64,000 nt of DNA from Callorhinchus milii (lineage: Eukaryota). The first letter of the stretch is position 1. Every line of letters begins with the position of its first letter. The position numbers and the translations under genes are program-made. Below are positions 1 to 13,200 of this stretch, piece by piece. The notes beneath the pieces are model-generated. The model was not told the DNA's origin and did not search any database. It worked only from the letters and a program-made list of their open reading frames with translations. The DNA is taken from positions 84,198,001-84,262,000 of the forward strand of contig NW_024704742.1 of NCBI RefSeq assembly GCF_018977255.1, given 5' to 3'.

Positions 1-151
1 TGCTGTGATTTTTTTAGGATCAGCAGGGTGTCCGACACATGCGTAAACACATCACAATACTTAAAAGTATCCAAACCAGACTGAGAGTTCCACATATGTA
101 CGCCACCCCACACATGGAAACATTCCTGTGTCTGGAATGGAATGCACACTC

Positions 152-760
152 AACAACAACAAAAACAACAACTTGCATTTATATAGCACCCCTCATACAG
201 GGTAGCGTCCCAGAGCGCTTGACAGTGGCGGAGCATGTTGCTGAGCCGTGGGGAGGTAGGCACAGTCGAAGAGAATAGTGGATTTGAAGATTGGGCCAGA
301 GGGGCAAGTGGAGGATAGCAGAAGAGTGTTCCAGAGTTTCAGGATGTAGTGGATGAATGTGTAGCCACTGATGGGACAAGCAGGAGTATGGAGCCAGTCG
401 AGCAAAGACAGTAGGTATTGGGTTGGGGAATAAACAGGTCAGAGAGGTAGGGAGATGCCAGGGCATGAAGGGATTTGAAGACGAGTGTGAGGATCTTGAA
501 ATTGAACGTTTGGGAATAGGAACAACAACAACAAGATTCCATTTATAAAGCGCCTTTCACGTCAGGAGGACGTCCCAAGGCGCTGCACAGTTGGAAGCCT
601 GTGGAGCCTGGCTAGAACTGGTGTGAAGGGGTACAAAGTTAGTGCGGGTGAATATGCGGGTGACAGAGTTATGGATTAACTGGATTTTGTGGATAGTGGA
701 GCTGGGGAGACCGATGAGGAGGACATTTGAGTAGTCGAGGCGGGAGGTGACGAATCATGG
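152..760 (-). mobile_element. L2 LINE 3' fragment with a nested younger tail at 523-592
   Basis: Carries the FKILTLVFKSLHALASPYLSDL-type ORF2 C-terminus. (CAA)n tail at 152-170. actc is duplicated at 148-151 and 761-764. Confidence 0.85.
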
Positions 761-3700
761 ACTCCTTCCGTGGAGGGACACATCTTGCTTATTTCATTCC
801 AGAGAGTATTAGCAAGAGCCAACCTTTGGGGACACCAGAATGTCGTTGGGTGCTGTGATGATAGGGTTGACATTCTGGAGGGAGAGATCAAATGGGTCCA
901 TAACCTGACAGGAAGAGGGAAAGAGGATTTTGCTCCTTCACTACAGTGACAGAAAGAAGATACTGAGGGAACTCTCATTCAACAAGAAATATCCCTTTCT
1001 TGCAGTGAGATATTAGCCCATTTGGGCATACTTTCCACAATTTCTCTCACTTATGCAATGGGTTGACTGTATTTTAATTTCGAAATAAAATCAATATGCT
1101 AAGAAATAAAGCCCAATTCAGTCAATATCGTATCATTTCTCCAAATTATTATTTTCTAATAATGATTCATGCTGATTTTCCGCTTTCTCGCTCGCCCTAA
1201 GAACTAATGAATCAGTCAGATGCAAAGCCACAGATTGTTTTGGGGATTTGAAACCATGCCCATCTGGCTGGGAAATGGTCAGTGTGCCCTTCCTGCCTCT
1301 TTGAAGTAATATTGAAGAAATATCAGGTCAAGGTGGCCTACTGGGTCCTGTCTATTGAAACATTTTCTGCTGATCTCAGATTTATAGGGTATAGTGTATA
1401 ACCAGCTGTTCTTTTTATGGGTGCAGGTCTGTTCATTGCTGCCAGTAAATCACATTGAAAACAGTGCATTCACCTCATTGTTGTAAGGGACCCCGAAGAG
1501 GTAATATGGTCCACTGTGATAGTCGTCTGCAAGTTTCTTACGCTCACATACACACAAACTCCTTCATGCCCTAGTACCTGCCTATTTCTTTGACTTTCTT
1601 GTACCCCACTCCTCTGCCATCGCCCCACTTCAATCAGCTAAAACAGACTTACTGTGCACGCTCTGATCCCTCTGCACCTCACCCCGTTTATCATTAAATC
1701 CCACTGTAAAACCCACCTCTTCGACTGCACGTATGATCACCACCCCCTCCCCATTCTCCCTTGCTTGTGGTCCACCACTGCCACAGTGAAACCCTCCGAG
1801 ATATTATCCTACACAATGGGCGCTATATAAATGCAAATTGTTGTCGTCGTACGCCTCTGCCATTCATTAGATTTTCAGCTGCAAAGGGATTTTACTGAAA
1901 AGATTCTTCACCAGCATGTGGAGGATGTGAATTACAACAATTTAATGGAAAACTAATAAATAGCGTTCAGTCATCATCTGGTGCAAGAAGAGTACCCCGG
2001 AGCACTGTTTGAATGAAAAAGCACCATTAATTTATTCCTGGGTCAGTGACAAGCCATACAGCCATAAAAAGCAAACTCACTTCAAAGCACTGGGAAGGTT
2101 GCATTTTGCTTTGGATTTTATGGACCAGACTTCGCTGGTCCCTGGTGGAACTTTTATCAAAATAAATTATTTCAGTTGGTTTCCACAAGAGTTACCAAAG
2201 TATGACAACTACAGAATAGTTATTCAATCCACTTTTTGTTCTTCCTCTAAAGGCATAGTTGGCTCTTCTTTTCTTTTCATTCGGATGAGATGTTAAACAG
2301 GTCCTGTCTGTTTGTTCAGGTGGGTGTTAAAGATCCCATGGTACTATTCGAAAAGATAAGGAAGTTTCTCCTGGTATCTTGGCTATCAATCCCCCAAATA
2401 AAATTGATCATTCACTTAATTTCTGTTTGTGGGACATTGTTGTGCACAAATTGGTTGCTGTGTTTGTCTCTAAATACTCGGTCACTTACATTCACAGTAA
2501 AATCTTGTAAAACAATTTGAGATGTCTCAACAACATGGTGAGGTTCTTTAGACAATGGACAGGGGATCAGGGACATCTCAGCCCAGCTTATCCTCACCAG
2601 GCATTCACACAATGCACTTTATTGCTCTTGATAGAGATCAAGAGCAGGAACATTGGTAGATTTAGGTCTAAGACATACAGTGATCAGTAAATACTGTGGT
2701 AACAGATGTTGGAGATTTTAGCTGTTAAGAGTGCAGCATGCAGAGCTTTACACCACTATTTGAGTACCTCCTTTGGGTGGGGCTCCTTGGACTTAGTGAA
2801 GCCAAACCAGAAGGAAATGTGGCTTTTAGATGCTGCAATTTATATGCCCAAATGATGGGCTACAGCTTTAAATTTAGCAGGACAATTGCAGTCTGCCCTT
2901 GCTATCTTTTGCACTGCTCCTCACCATATAAATAACTGAAGAACAAATGCACAATCCAAACAGCCAGAAGCTACAAGGCTTACCATCTTGGTGCAGGCTC
3001 TGAAACTGAACCACACTGTGCAAAAATAGATGGCCAGCAGATTCTAAGCATCAGCTTTAAACGGTTTGATTGCTTCCCCTGCACTTTTCTGCTCATAGGA
3101 CAACAGAGAGAATGACCATGAATAGGGAGATTGACCATGAGCAGAGAGAATCTCTATGAAAAAGACTCTCATTTCTCACCTGGTCAGAGGCACAGTGTAA
3201 GTTAGGCGAGGTCTTATTGAATAGGATCTTATGGGGCCTGTATCTAAATCGCTCATCGGATCCATCACAACTCAGGTTGATTTATGACTGAGCTGTGATG
3301 TTCTTACTCTCGTGAATAGCCCTTATACTGCAAGCAAAGAATAGTTTTGATTTATTATACAGCTGATAAGAAAAGGACCAAAATACTTTTAGTTCTCATC
3401 CATCTTGTATTTTTAGTCAGTACGGTACATGGACACTGAGGTTTACAGCATGCCAGCCTCTGTTTCCTGGAACAGCTGAATAGAATACTTGGCTCCACAG
3501 TCAATCCCAAGGTGGAAAATAAACACCCAGGATGCTCCCGGACTCACCTTCACATCCAGCACGATTTCACTGGATTCCACATGGGGAAATACTTGAGTCT
3601 GTGATTCGCTTCCCAAAAATCATGGGTATCTGGTTACTTACCTCTTACCTTCCCTTCTTCCCTCTTATACATAGTGGGGTCGAAAAACGCAATATGTTAT

Positions 3701-5092
3701 TTGAACACGTGGAATAGGCCCACAACTTCTTGGGTGAGCACTGGAGGTTGACCAAGACACTAACAACTTCCTCCTAAATGTATTTGAAGAAAACCTAAAC
3801 AAGGCAAGCTCAAAACATTTACCTTTGTGTATCTTTACAGCGAGGAATATCGCCGATGTTTGAATTCCATTAAATAGTCAGGAAGAAAGGAGTGAAATAA
3901 GAAATCTTGATGTTCATTCATGAAGACTATCAACATGTGAAGTCCCACAGGCAAGGGAGATTTCATGGTCTGATCGTTGGTAAATTTATTGACCACTGGA
4001 GAGCCAGACACACTTGCCCACCAAAGTCAGTGAACCAACACTCACTCCAGTAAAACCTAACAATAAATGATGGTTGAGAAGAAGTCTTAATAGTGTAGCA
4101 CTTGGGACAGCATAATGATGTAGTGGATAGAACTACAGTTTACAGAGCAGGGGCACGATGGTTCAAACCCTGAGCTGAAGTTTGTTAGTTTCTGCCGAGG
4201 AGAGGTTAAATTGACCCCAGCTTTCCTTGGGATAGGTTGGTTAAAATCAGTTGGGTTTTGCCCACAAAATATACACTCAGTTCACTTTACAGTACATTCT
4301 GTGAAGCGCTTTGAGACATCTCGAAGATGTGATAAGACACTATATCAAATGCAATGATTATTATCATTATTTATTCACCTGGTCCCTCCACAGCACCCTC
4401 TACTGGTTGTGCACAGGAGTTGCAGCCAGGTGGGAAAAGGTCAAGCTCAGTTGTGATGCCCTCTTTTGTTGAGTTGCCTTCGACACTCACTGCCAAGGCT
4501 CACATATTAATAATGGTCACTTGGGCAGGGGACCAGAGGGCAACCAACAACTATGCAACTGTAGCCCAGAAAGAGGAGGTCAGATCAAGAGCAGAGGCAT
4601 TTTCAATGGGGAGAAAATTAATTGGAAACACTAAATTAATAAAATATATATAATATCCTTGCTTTTTTTTTAATAGCTCCTTATCATGTCTCAAAACGCT
4701 TCACAGAATATACTGTCAAGTGAATTGACTGTATTTTGTGGGCAAAAAAAAACAGCAGTGGAATTTGATTACGATGTTCAGTGGTAGAATAAGATGTACG
4801 GTATTTAGGGATAGGCGAGGCCAATTCCATCTGCACAAAATGGAATTTTGTATACCACAAACATCCATGGAGTGAATGATCAATTTTATCAGGGGGATTG
4901 TTGGCCAGGACACCGAAAGACACCGCTCTTTTCTCTAAATTTATTGGCGACATCTGCATCAGTGCTCTTCGCTGCAATTTTTCAAGTATAAAATTGCCAG
5001 TGATGGATGCAGTCCTGGTTTCACAAGGTTTCTTTTTCACAAATACTGCTACTTGAAAGTTGTTTATCTGATTTATCAAACAAATCTGTTCA

Positions 5093-5457
5093 AATCCCTT
5101 CACTCTCTTCATCTCTCTACCTCTCCGACCTTCTCACTCCTCAGTCCACCACCCGGTGCCTCTGCTCAACTGGCACTGGCCTCCTGCTTGTTCCTCACAT
5201 CCTCCGCCCCACCATCGAAGGTTGCGCTTTCAGCCACTACGCCCCGGAACTCTGGAACACTCTCCCTCAATCCTTCCATCTTGTCCTCTCTCTGCCCTCT
5301 TTCAAATCCGGTCTGAAAAGTTTCCTGTTCGGCCGTGCTTACAGTCACCTCCCCCGTCCCCCTGGCTCAGCGTCAGGCTCAGCCACTGTTAAGCGCTCTG
5401 AGAAGCTGCCTTGTGTGGAGGGCACTATATAAGTGCAACTTGTTGTTGATCTTGTTG
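5093..5457 (+). mobile_element. L2 LINE 3' fragment
   Basis: AFSHYAPELWNTLP..FKSGLKSFLF motif and gcactatataagtgcaacttgttgttg tail. Confidence 0.85.
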
Positions 5458-5719
5458 TAAATCTGGTACTTAGAAGAAAAAAACTAATGTGTATGGATGC
5501 TGAGGATTGACCTCACCCCCTCCTTCCTTGTGACCCTGGATTATATGATATCATTTGAAAGGCTTCCAAGTTTAAAAAAAAACCTCTGATAATCATTGAC
5601 CATGACAGGCTAGTGGATGTATAATAATCATAATAAAAATAATAATTGTTACCCTTCACATTCCGAAGATGTTTCATACAGTACAAAGGGAAGTGTGTAT
5701 TTTGCTGGCAAACGCAACA

Positions 5720-5882
5720 GGAGTCCTGTAACTTAATGGTTAGAGCACCTGCCTCGCAAGCAAGAAGACCCGGGTTCGATTCCTAGGCCGAGCAAAACCT
5801 AAGGTAAGTTTCCTTACTCCACACAGATGCCTCTGTTTACCTAGCAGTAAGTAGGTACCGGTTGTTAGGCAATTGGTGGATT
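5720..5882 (+). mobile_element. tRNA-derived SINE family A, 5' part (long form)
   Basis: gagtcctgta head, B box ggttcgattcc, body aagtttccttactccacac. Confidence 0.8.
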
Positions 5883-6279
5883 ACTTGGACATTGCTTTAT
5901 GACTCTGGTGGGAAGGTTGCAGCACCTAAAAGATTGCTCTTCAGGTGTTCATGAAAACAAATGAATGTTATCTTCGAAACACTGCTGCCGATTTCCTGGT
6001 CATTTCTGTGTGACTAATGGTGACACTGAAATGATTGTCATAAGACAAGCATTATTTCCTTTTATGAAATGTTTGTGGTAATTTTTTGCAGCACGAATAA
6101 ATTTGTGTAAGATCTACTCTTTGGTAATAATATTTGGGTAATCTTTCCCCTTCATCCTCTGTTGGCTCTTGGGTACCAAGCCAGGATTGTTAAGTGCCGT
6201 GGAACATCCTCATGACGTGAAAGGCTCTATATAAATGTAAATTTGTATTGTATATATACATGAGGAGTACAATGGTAGT

Positions 6280-8454
6280 AATGAGTTATTTACTCTACAT
6301 TTTTATTCAGCCAACAAGGTATTCTTATCATTATAAAAAATATTCATGTTCAATGCACTTCTAATAAGGTGGAAGAGATTTTATTATATATTACATGATA
6401 TTTATGCATGCAAATTCTATACATCTAATAATGGAAAAATTCTGTACTTTTTACTAATGACATTTGGTGTAATGCTATACCTTCAATGGAGGATCATGTG
6501 CTGTGGTCCAATGTGTAATGAAATATTTTGGACCTCATGACCTGTGTGTAACTTTTTCAAACCACCTTATACTATTCAGCGTTATTGCACAGGAGACTGA
6601 CAAGCTGGTATGTTCTTGTGATTAAATACACAGGGTAAAGGAGACAACAGAGCAAGTAATTTACTAGTTACTGGCTTGAACCACTGTGCTCCAGCCTTCG
6701 GTAGTTTCTCCCTATTGCCTGGTTGCTAGGTGACAGAGCTTGTTAATCTCACTAACTAAGCAGTCAGAGGGCCCTTACATGCCAAACCATGATTGACTGT
6801 ACCGCTTCCCATTTACCGGAAGAGATACACTTCCCCCAGTATAATTGAGTGCAAATGAACATTAAACTTTTCCAATATTTGGCTCACGGAATTTCAACCC
6901 TAAGATGCCTAACAACTAATTAGTTGCCAATTTAATTAATGGGGCGTTGTTCAATGTTCAGTCGCTGACAAGTCCTGGGTTTAGACTTTTCCAAGAGAAA
7001 ACCTAGCTGACTAGAGCCACATTATCTCTCGAGAACATTGCAACCTGTATCCAGCTGTGCTGATTTACAATTGCCAGTATGTCTTTGGCATTTTGGTGTG
7101 AAAAAGTACTTTCATGTTAATTGTACTGCACAACTATAACATAAAGAATGCTGCAATCAATGCAAACCTTTCAACAGGCTGAAGAATAACAGACTTTCTC
7201 TGTCTCACTGGAAGTATAAGACAGTCTTTGTATTGACAACACTTTATTGTTCAAAAGACCACTCACCAGCTATTTCCAAAAGTAGTTTCTAAAAGAACTT
7301 TTTCCCGTTTGACTCGAGCACAGTGGAGTTTTTATAGAAGGTGAAGATTAAAGCATGTGTTCTATGTATGTACATTATGTTGGATCCGGTCTCCAATACC
7401 ACTCTTTGTAAAGGGTGAAGGAGCCCAGTCTTCTGGTGGTGTGCGAATGGCTTGCGTGACATATGACTCAGTCTGAATGGAATCTGAAAATCATTAGCAG
7501 ATCTTAGGGCCTGCTTCTACTGCTGTTGACCACTCAAAAGAACGCAAAGTAAAATTCCAGCATTGCTTCAGACTCAAATTCTGCCTCTCCTAAAGTATTT
7601 CCATTCAATCACAATCCATTTAAATTATTTGGCAAAAAAATACCCACACGATTAACTTCAGCAGCCTTCTGAAAGAGGGAATCAATAATGTGATGATGAC
7701 AGTCTGTGGGATTTTACTGATTTACGGAAAGCAAACCATTGTTTTCTGTGAACTTGCTATACATACAGTGGAGATTTGTTAATCTGACTTTAGGGAATCT
7801 ATTCTGTCGGCAATACTTGTGCAATATTTTTTGCAATATCTCTGTTTAATTTATATCCAGCAGTTTCAATCCAGCAAAGTAAAACATCTGACAAAGTCCA
7901 TATCATTGAGTCTCCACTATTGCATTTGGATAGGTCCTGCCCATCTGTTCTCTGTCCAAACGGCTCACTGTTTTCTACAGACCTCTAGCTGAAAGACACC
8001 TCTACAGTCGTTAAGATATTTCACTCTTATTTCTCAATGTTGATGAAGCATGTTTTTTTAAAAAAACAGGTAAGTGATAAAAAATATTATTTTAGTAATA
8101 ATACATCACTATATACACATTTAAAAAATAAATGTCTACCATATTCCCTAACCAGGGTTATAAACAATGGATATGGTTTTCCTTCAGAACAATGTCTCAT
8201 CTTGTATGAGTATCCTAGGTCAGCCTTGGTTGAAATATAGACCTTAAAGTGGATATAACTATTGGTTTCCATCATTCTGAACTGCTTGTCCTCAGAGTCT
8301 CAGCCTCCCTGGGCCATGTCAAGTGTGTCGAAGGCTGCCGGTCCAACATTTCAGACCTGTACACGGCAGTGCCCCAGCCACCATTATCATGATTGCAGGG
8401 GGACAGGCAGGCAGATGTCTCATCATGTGGAGTTATGACAGCGCAGGAGATGCA
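6280..8454 (-). other. Probable MuSK 3' UTR
   Basis: About 2.1 kb of AT-rich sequence after the stop, free of the SINE/L2 copies found elsewhere. Minus-strand AATAAA at 7243-7248, 6380-6385 and 6302-6307. The true end is not determinable. Confidence 0.5.
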
Positions 8455-9137
8455 TCACACTTGATACGTAGCTGTGATACGCTCGTGGATGCGCTCCAAA
8501 ATGCGATGGATGCTTGCAAAGCTTGGCCGGTCAGATGGCATCTTACTCCAGCAAAGACGCATCAGGTTGTAAAGCTCCAGTGGACAGACTTCAGGGCACG
8601 TGAGAATGTTTCCATCTCGGACGTAGTAAATTACCTCTTCATGAGCCATTCCATAGTAAGGCTGCATGCCGTAGGAGAAGATCTCCCACAGGATCACCCC
8701 ATAAGCCCACACGTCTGATTCCGTAGTATAACGATTGAAGAAAATAGACTCTGGTGGCATCCATCGAATTGGAATAGCATCATTCTCGTTTGCTTTATAA
8801 TAGTCTGCAGAGTAGATATTCCTTGAAAGTCCAAAGTCAGCGATTTTAACCACCAGATTCTCCCCGACCAAACAGTTCCTTGTAGCCAGGTCACGATGAA
8901 CAAACTTCCGTTCAGACAGATAGGCCATGCCAGCTGCAATCTGCTTGGCAACATTAAGCTGGTCAGTGCAACTTAGGGGTAACAAGTCAGTGTCTGACCC
9001 AGTGCTCCGTCCTGCAAGACTAATCTGGCTCAAAGTGCGGATGTTCATAGAGGATCGTCTGCGTAAATACTCGTTCAGGTCTCCAAAAGCCATGTACTCA
9101 AACAGCAAGCACATGGGTTTCCCAACAGCACACACTC
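8455..9137 (-). CDS. MUSK: MuSK last coding exon, kinase C-lobe to TGA stop (683 nt)
   Basis: cctttccctacag acceptor. Encodes [15 protein letters not shown]...HRDLATRN...[15 protein letters not shown]...IRWMPPE...SDVWAYG...ITATYQV*. ORF 8455-9342 extends into the intron beyond 9137. Confidence 0.98.
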
Positions 9138-9284
9138 CTGTAGGGAAAGGGAAACAGACATCAAGATTGCAACATGATATACACTCTGCTGTGTAAATTA
9201 AAAGACAACTGACTTTTTCCATTTTCTTCTGAAATACTTGATTAACAAGGAATGTACATCTGGAGGGAGAATGTTCTTCTTCAG

Positions 9285-9913
9285 TCAGCGCCTCCACACC
9301 TAAGGAACTGACAGCATCACCATCCAAGGATGCACACTCCACCTCACTAAGCCTGTCTGGAACCTTGGGGTCTTGTTTGAACCTCGACTATCCTTTCTAC
9401 CCCACATCCATGCCATAGCCAGCTCTGCCTTCCCCCATGTCCGCTACAACTTCCTCCCCTGACTCCACTGGCTTCCCATCACCCAGAGGATACAGATCAA
9501 GATCCTGGTCCTCACCTTCAAAGCCTTCCATGGCCTCACTCCCCCCACCTCTGGAACCTCCTAACTCCCTACCATTCTGCCCGCTCCCTCCGCTCAGCGG
9601 GCTCCGGCCTGCTTTACGTCCGTCGCCTCACCCACCCCACCATTGGTGGGCGGGCCTTCAGCCACTCTGCCCCCACCCTCAGGAACTCCATCTCGCAGTC
9701 CCTCAGCCTCGGCCCCTCCCTTGCCTCCTTCAAGACCCATCTCAAGATCCTCCTCTTCGACCGTGCTTTTGATCACCCCGCTTCCCCTCCCTGCCCTCCA
9801 CACTCCCCGATCCCGACCCCCAGCTCGGGTCCGAAACACTGACTGTCCAGCGCCTTGGGTCATCCTCCCGATGTGAAAGGCGCTATACAAATATAATTTT
9901 GTTGGTGTTGTTC
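9285..9913 (+). mobile_element. L2 LINE 3' fragment
   Basis: Same 3' sequence as 39640-40410, with internal deletions. Tail aaggcgctatacaaatataattttgttggtgttg. Confidence 0.85.
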
Positions 9914-9932
9914 TTGATATAGAAAATTACGC

Positions 9933-10231
9933 AAAAACAACAAATTATATTTGTATAGTGTCTTTCACGTCAGGAGGACGTCTCAAGGCACTGGAGAGTC
10001 AGGGATTTGGAACTGAGCTGGGTGTTGGAATCAGGAGGGGTGGAGGGCAGGGAGGGTTGGGGTAGGAGGGTGATGAAGGCACGGTCGAAAAGGAGGGACT
10101 CGAGATGGGAATTAAAGGAGTCAAAGGAGGAAACGAGGCAAAGGGATTGTTGGATGGAGTTCCATAGGGTGGGGCAGAAAGGCTGAAGGCCCAACCGCAG
10201 ATGGTGGGGTGGGGGGGTGAAGGAGCGGACA
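9933..10231 (-). mobile_element. L2 LINE 3' fragment, tail-to-tail with 9285-9913
   Basis: Reverse-complement tail caacaaattatatttgtatagtgtctttcacgtcaggaggacg and an AFSLSAP-type motif. Confidence 0.85.
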
Positions 10232-13200
10232 GGTCCATTGCATACTCTGGGGTCCCCAAGCCTTGGCTCTTGCCAACCTGTGCCTAATACTCTCTGAAAT
10301 TAGATAAGCAGGTTGCGACTCTAGAGAATGAGTGCACATTCCATTTCAGTCATGGGAATTTCCATGTATATTTGGCATGTATGGAACTCAGTCTAGTTTA
10401 GATAATCTTCAGCATGGTGTTGAGTTCCCGCATGTATCAGACACCCGGCTGACCAAACAAAAGTCTGTTTAAGTGAATCACTGTTGTTGTGTATATCATG
10501 TGTACCAGCAGCTTAGCTCCACATTCAGCAATGCACAGCCCATTTTTCCTGTATAGAATCTATTTACCTGCCGATTTGATAACCTGTTATTTGCAAATTT
10601 GCAAATTATGTGCAATTTTGTTTTGCCATGTAACTAACAACTAATTGAAGCCAATTATCTTGCGCATTCTTTCTGTGGTTTTTAATAATACTGGAAGCAA
10701 TTCAAACACTGGGATACTATATGCCCTTTGCCTTAAATCTGTCCACTAAGCTCACATAATTATATAATAAATACAGTCAATTCACTTTACAGTATATTCA
10801 GTGAAGCGCTTTGAGACATCTTGAAGATGTGATGTGGCGATATATCAAATGCAAGGACTATTATTATTATGTTTGTTTTGTTTCTCAGATCTTCTATGCA
10901 TCTTTTATATCAAATGCAAGGATTATGCATGACATATCTAGTCTACAGATATCTCAAAATGTGGTTTAACTATTTTCCCCTTATTAGCTGCGCAGTCCTA
11001 CTTTCTCCATCCCTTATATCTGCCCACCATGAGCAGTCTTATTAGTGGTATTGGAGTCAAGTGTGAGGTATTATTAAAGAATGTAAATCATGCCAATTAA
11101 GATTCCTTCCAGTTACTGGAACTAGGTCACGAGAACTGGAGAAAATACTACTTGATGCAATCCACTTCCAGAGCAGAATTCCCAATGGGCAGAATCCCAA
11201 TGGGAATTCTGACTAGATTTTTTATAAAAGAAGGACAGAGCCTCCAGCAATGCAGCACACCACCCAGCACTGCATTGGAGTGTCAACTTAGACTCTATGA
11301 GTTCCAAGTCCCAATAACCAAATGGAAGCATTATTGTTAAAAACTATGAGAAAACAACATCGAAAGTAAGACTCCGAATTTGGGAATTTCCACAATTCTG
11401 TGTGGTCCTACACTTTAAGACAAAATAGTCATACAGCCTAAGACTAAGTGGAACTTCAGGCCTCTCATATTGTCACCCCTTACATATACCAACACAAAAA
11501 AAAATTGAATATAGTGAGAACACTAATTGAAAACATTTGAACCAAAGTCTTATAAAACAAATTGAATTACACCCTGTTGGCATTTACCACATTGTACTTT
11601 GATCTGTTGTGTACCGTTTATTCTAGGAAAGTTTCTATTTATAGGCAAGTGTTTTTCAGCTGTAAAGTATTAGAAAGTGACATAATGGGAGACATGCAAT
11701 GAGGATAAATACAGATTAGCTCAGGGTATCTCAGAAACAAAATCAACTGATAAATCAAGATATGTTGCCCTAGTCAAGTTTTTTTTGTGGTGCAAAAAAT
11801 GCCACAAGTTCTATCAGCCTTTTTATTTTGGTCAGACGGGTGTCTAACACATGCAGAAACCCACCACCATGCTTAACAGTATCCAAACCAGAGCTCCATA
11901 CATCAGATTTATATCAGAATTAACAGTATAAAACAGTAAAATGGGATACAAAAGTAGAGTACAGGGAAAGGGGGTGTGGAAATAGGTCAGGGCAGTGGGA
12001 GTGAATTACCCTTGTTCTGAAAGCCAACACAAACTTGATGGATGAAATGATCTTCTGCACTGTAAAATTTTATGAGTCTGTGAAAATTCCTTTGAAAATG
12101 CTAATTGAATCTTGAAACTGCAAATTCGAAGGAGTTTGATTTGGCTCTACATAAAAATTAGTGTGGACAGAGTTATATGCATTTTAATTCCTTTCTGATA
12201 CCTGAGATTTAACCAGGTATCAATTACCTCTGTCTGACAGAATGTAAAACAATGTCATGCTCTACTTGGAATTTGTTTTTAAAAAAATTGAGAGTGTGTC
12301 TGGAGCTTCTCAATTTTCAACTGGAGGCTTGGATAACAATGCACATCAAGGTCAAAAAGATAAGTAAGGAAAACAAGATAAGGAGTGATTAGATGACCCA
12401 AACCTTGAATGTTTAAAAGCTATAGTCTGTGGGGAGAGGGAAAACTCAGGGAGGTAAGAAATTCTAGTCCCTGGTTTCTGGGAAAGAAAGAGATGGGTAC
12501 TGGACAGGGCTATGGTGGGCTTTGGTTACAACACAGTGACCACACAGGTAGCAACAATTGTAATAATGCATTTGGTGCTTAGAGGGTAAAGAAATTAAAG
12601 TTTCAGAGGAAAATTGCCACAGTAACATTGACAAAACAGACAAGAGGAATTAAAAAATAATAATAACCCTTACATTTGGTATAGCACCTTTCGCTTCAGG
12701 AGGACGTCCCAAAGCACTTCACAGGATAGATAGACTGTAAAGTGCAGTGACTATTTTTTGGGTGCATGTGTCAGCCAATTTACACACAGCAATGCCCGAC
12801 TAACAGTCATCAGGTGAATGACAAATTTTGTGAATTGATGTGAAGGAGAGACAGAGGATAGAGGTGGAAGCTGAGGATAGGATTGCTTATCAGACAATGA
12901 GCCTTTACTTGATTTCCATCCAGGAGTGCAAGGGAGATGCTAGCAATTTCTCCTTAAATATAGAAAGTTGGGCTTTCTATTGAATTAACAGCCGGTGAGG
13001 GGAAAATAAGTGCATTGTACAAAGAGGAAACTGAACTTGCTTTGAAAGACTTTTGATAATGGAGGAGATATTAATATTTTATGATCAGAGGAGGCTGAGA
13101 ATGTCAATAGAAGAATTAAAATTAGAATATTATAGGTTAAAAAAGTGCAATACCTGTAACAACTATATTTTAGAGGATTTGAAGTAAACCATATCATTGC

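Noticed and set aside
2623..2646. 10-bp hairpin tgctcttgat/atcaagagca
   Set aside because: Isolated and short, so plausible by chance in 64 kb.
5720..5795. tRNA-like sequences here and at the other SINE heads
   Set aside because: They continue into SINE body sequence, are mutated differently in each copy, and lack a pol III terminator. They are SINE heads, not tRNA genes.
1..6200. Possible neighbouring gene downstream of MuSK (LPAR1 is the neighbour in human)
   Set aside because: No GPCR-like or other credible coding exon found; only repeats and unique non-coding DNA.
8323..9196. Plus-strand ORFs 8323-8718 and 8927-9196
   Set aside because: Antisense shadows of the kinase exon with no independent motif.
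9138..9342. N-terminal 68 codons of ORF 8455-9342
   Set aside because: Intronic read-through upstream of the acceptor at 9138-9139, overlapping an L2 remnant, with no kinase similarity.
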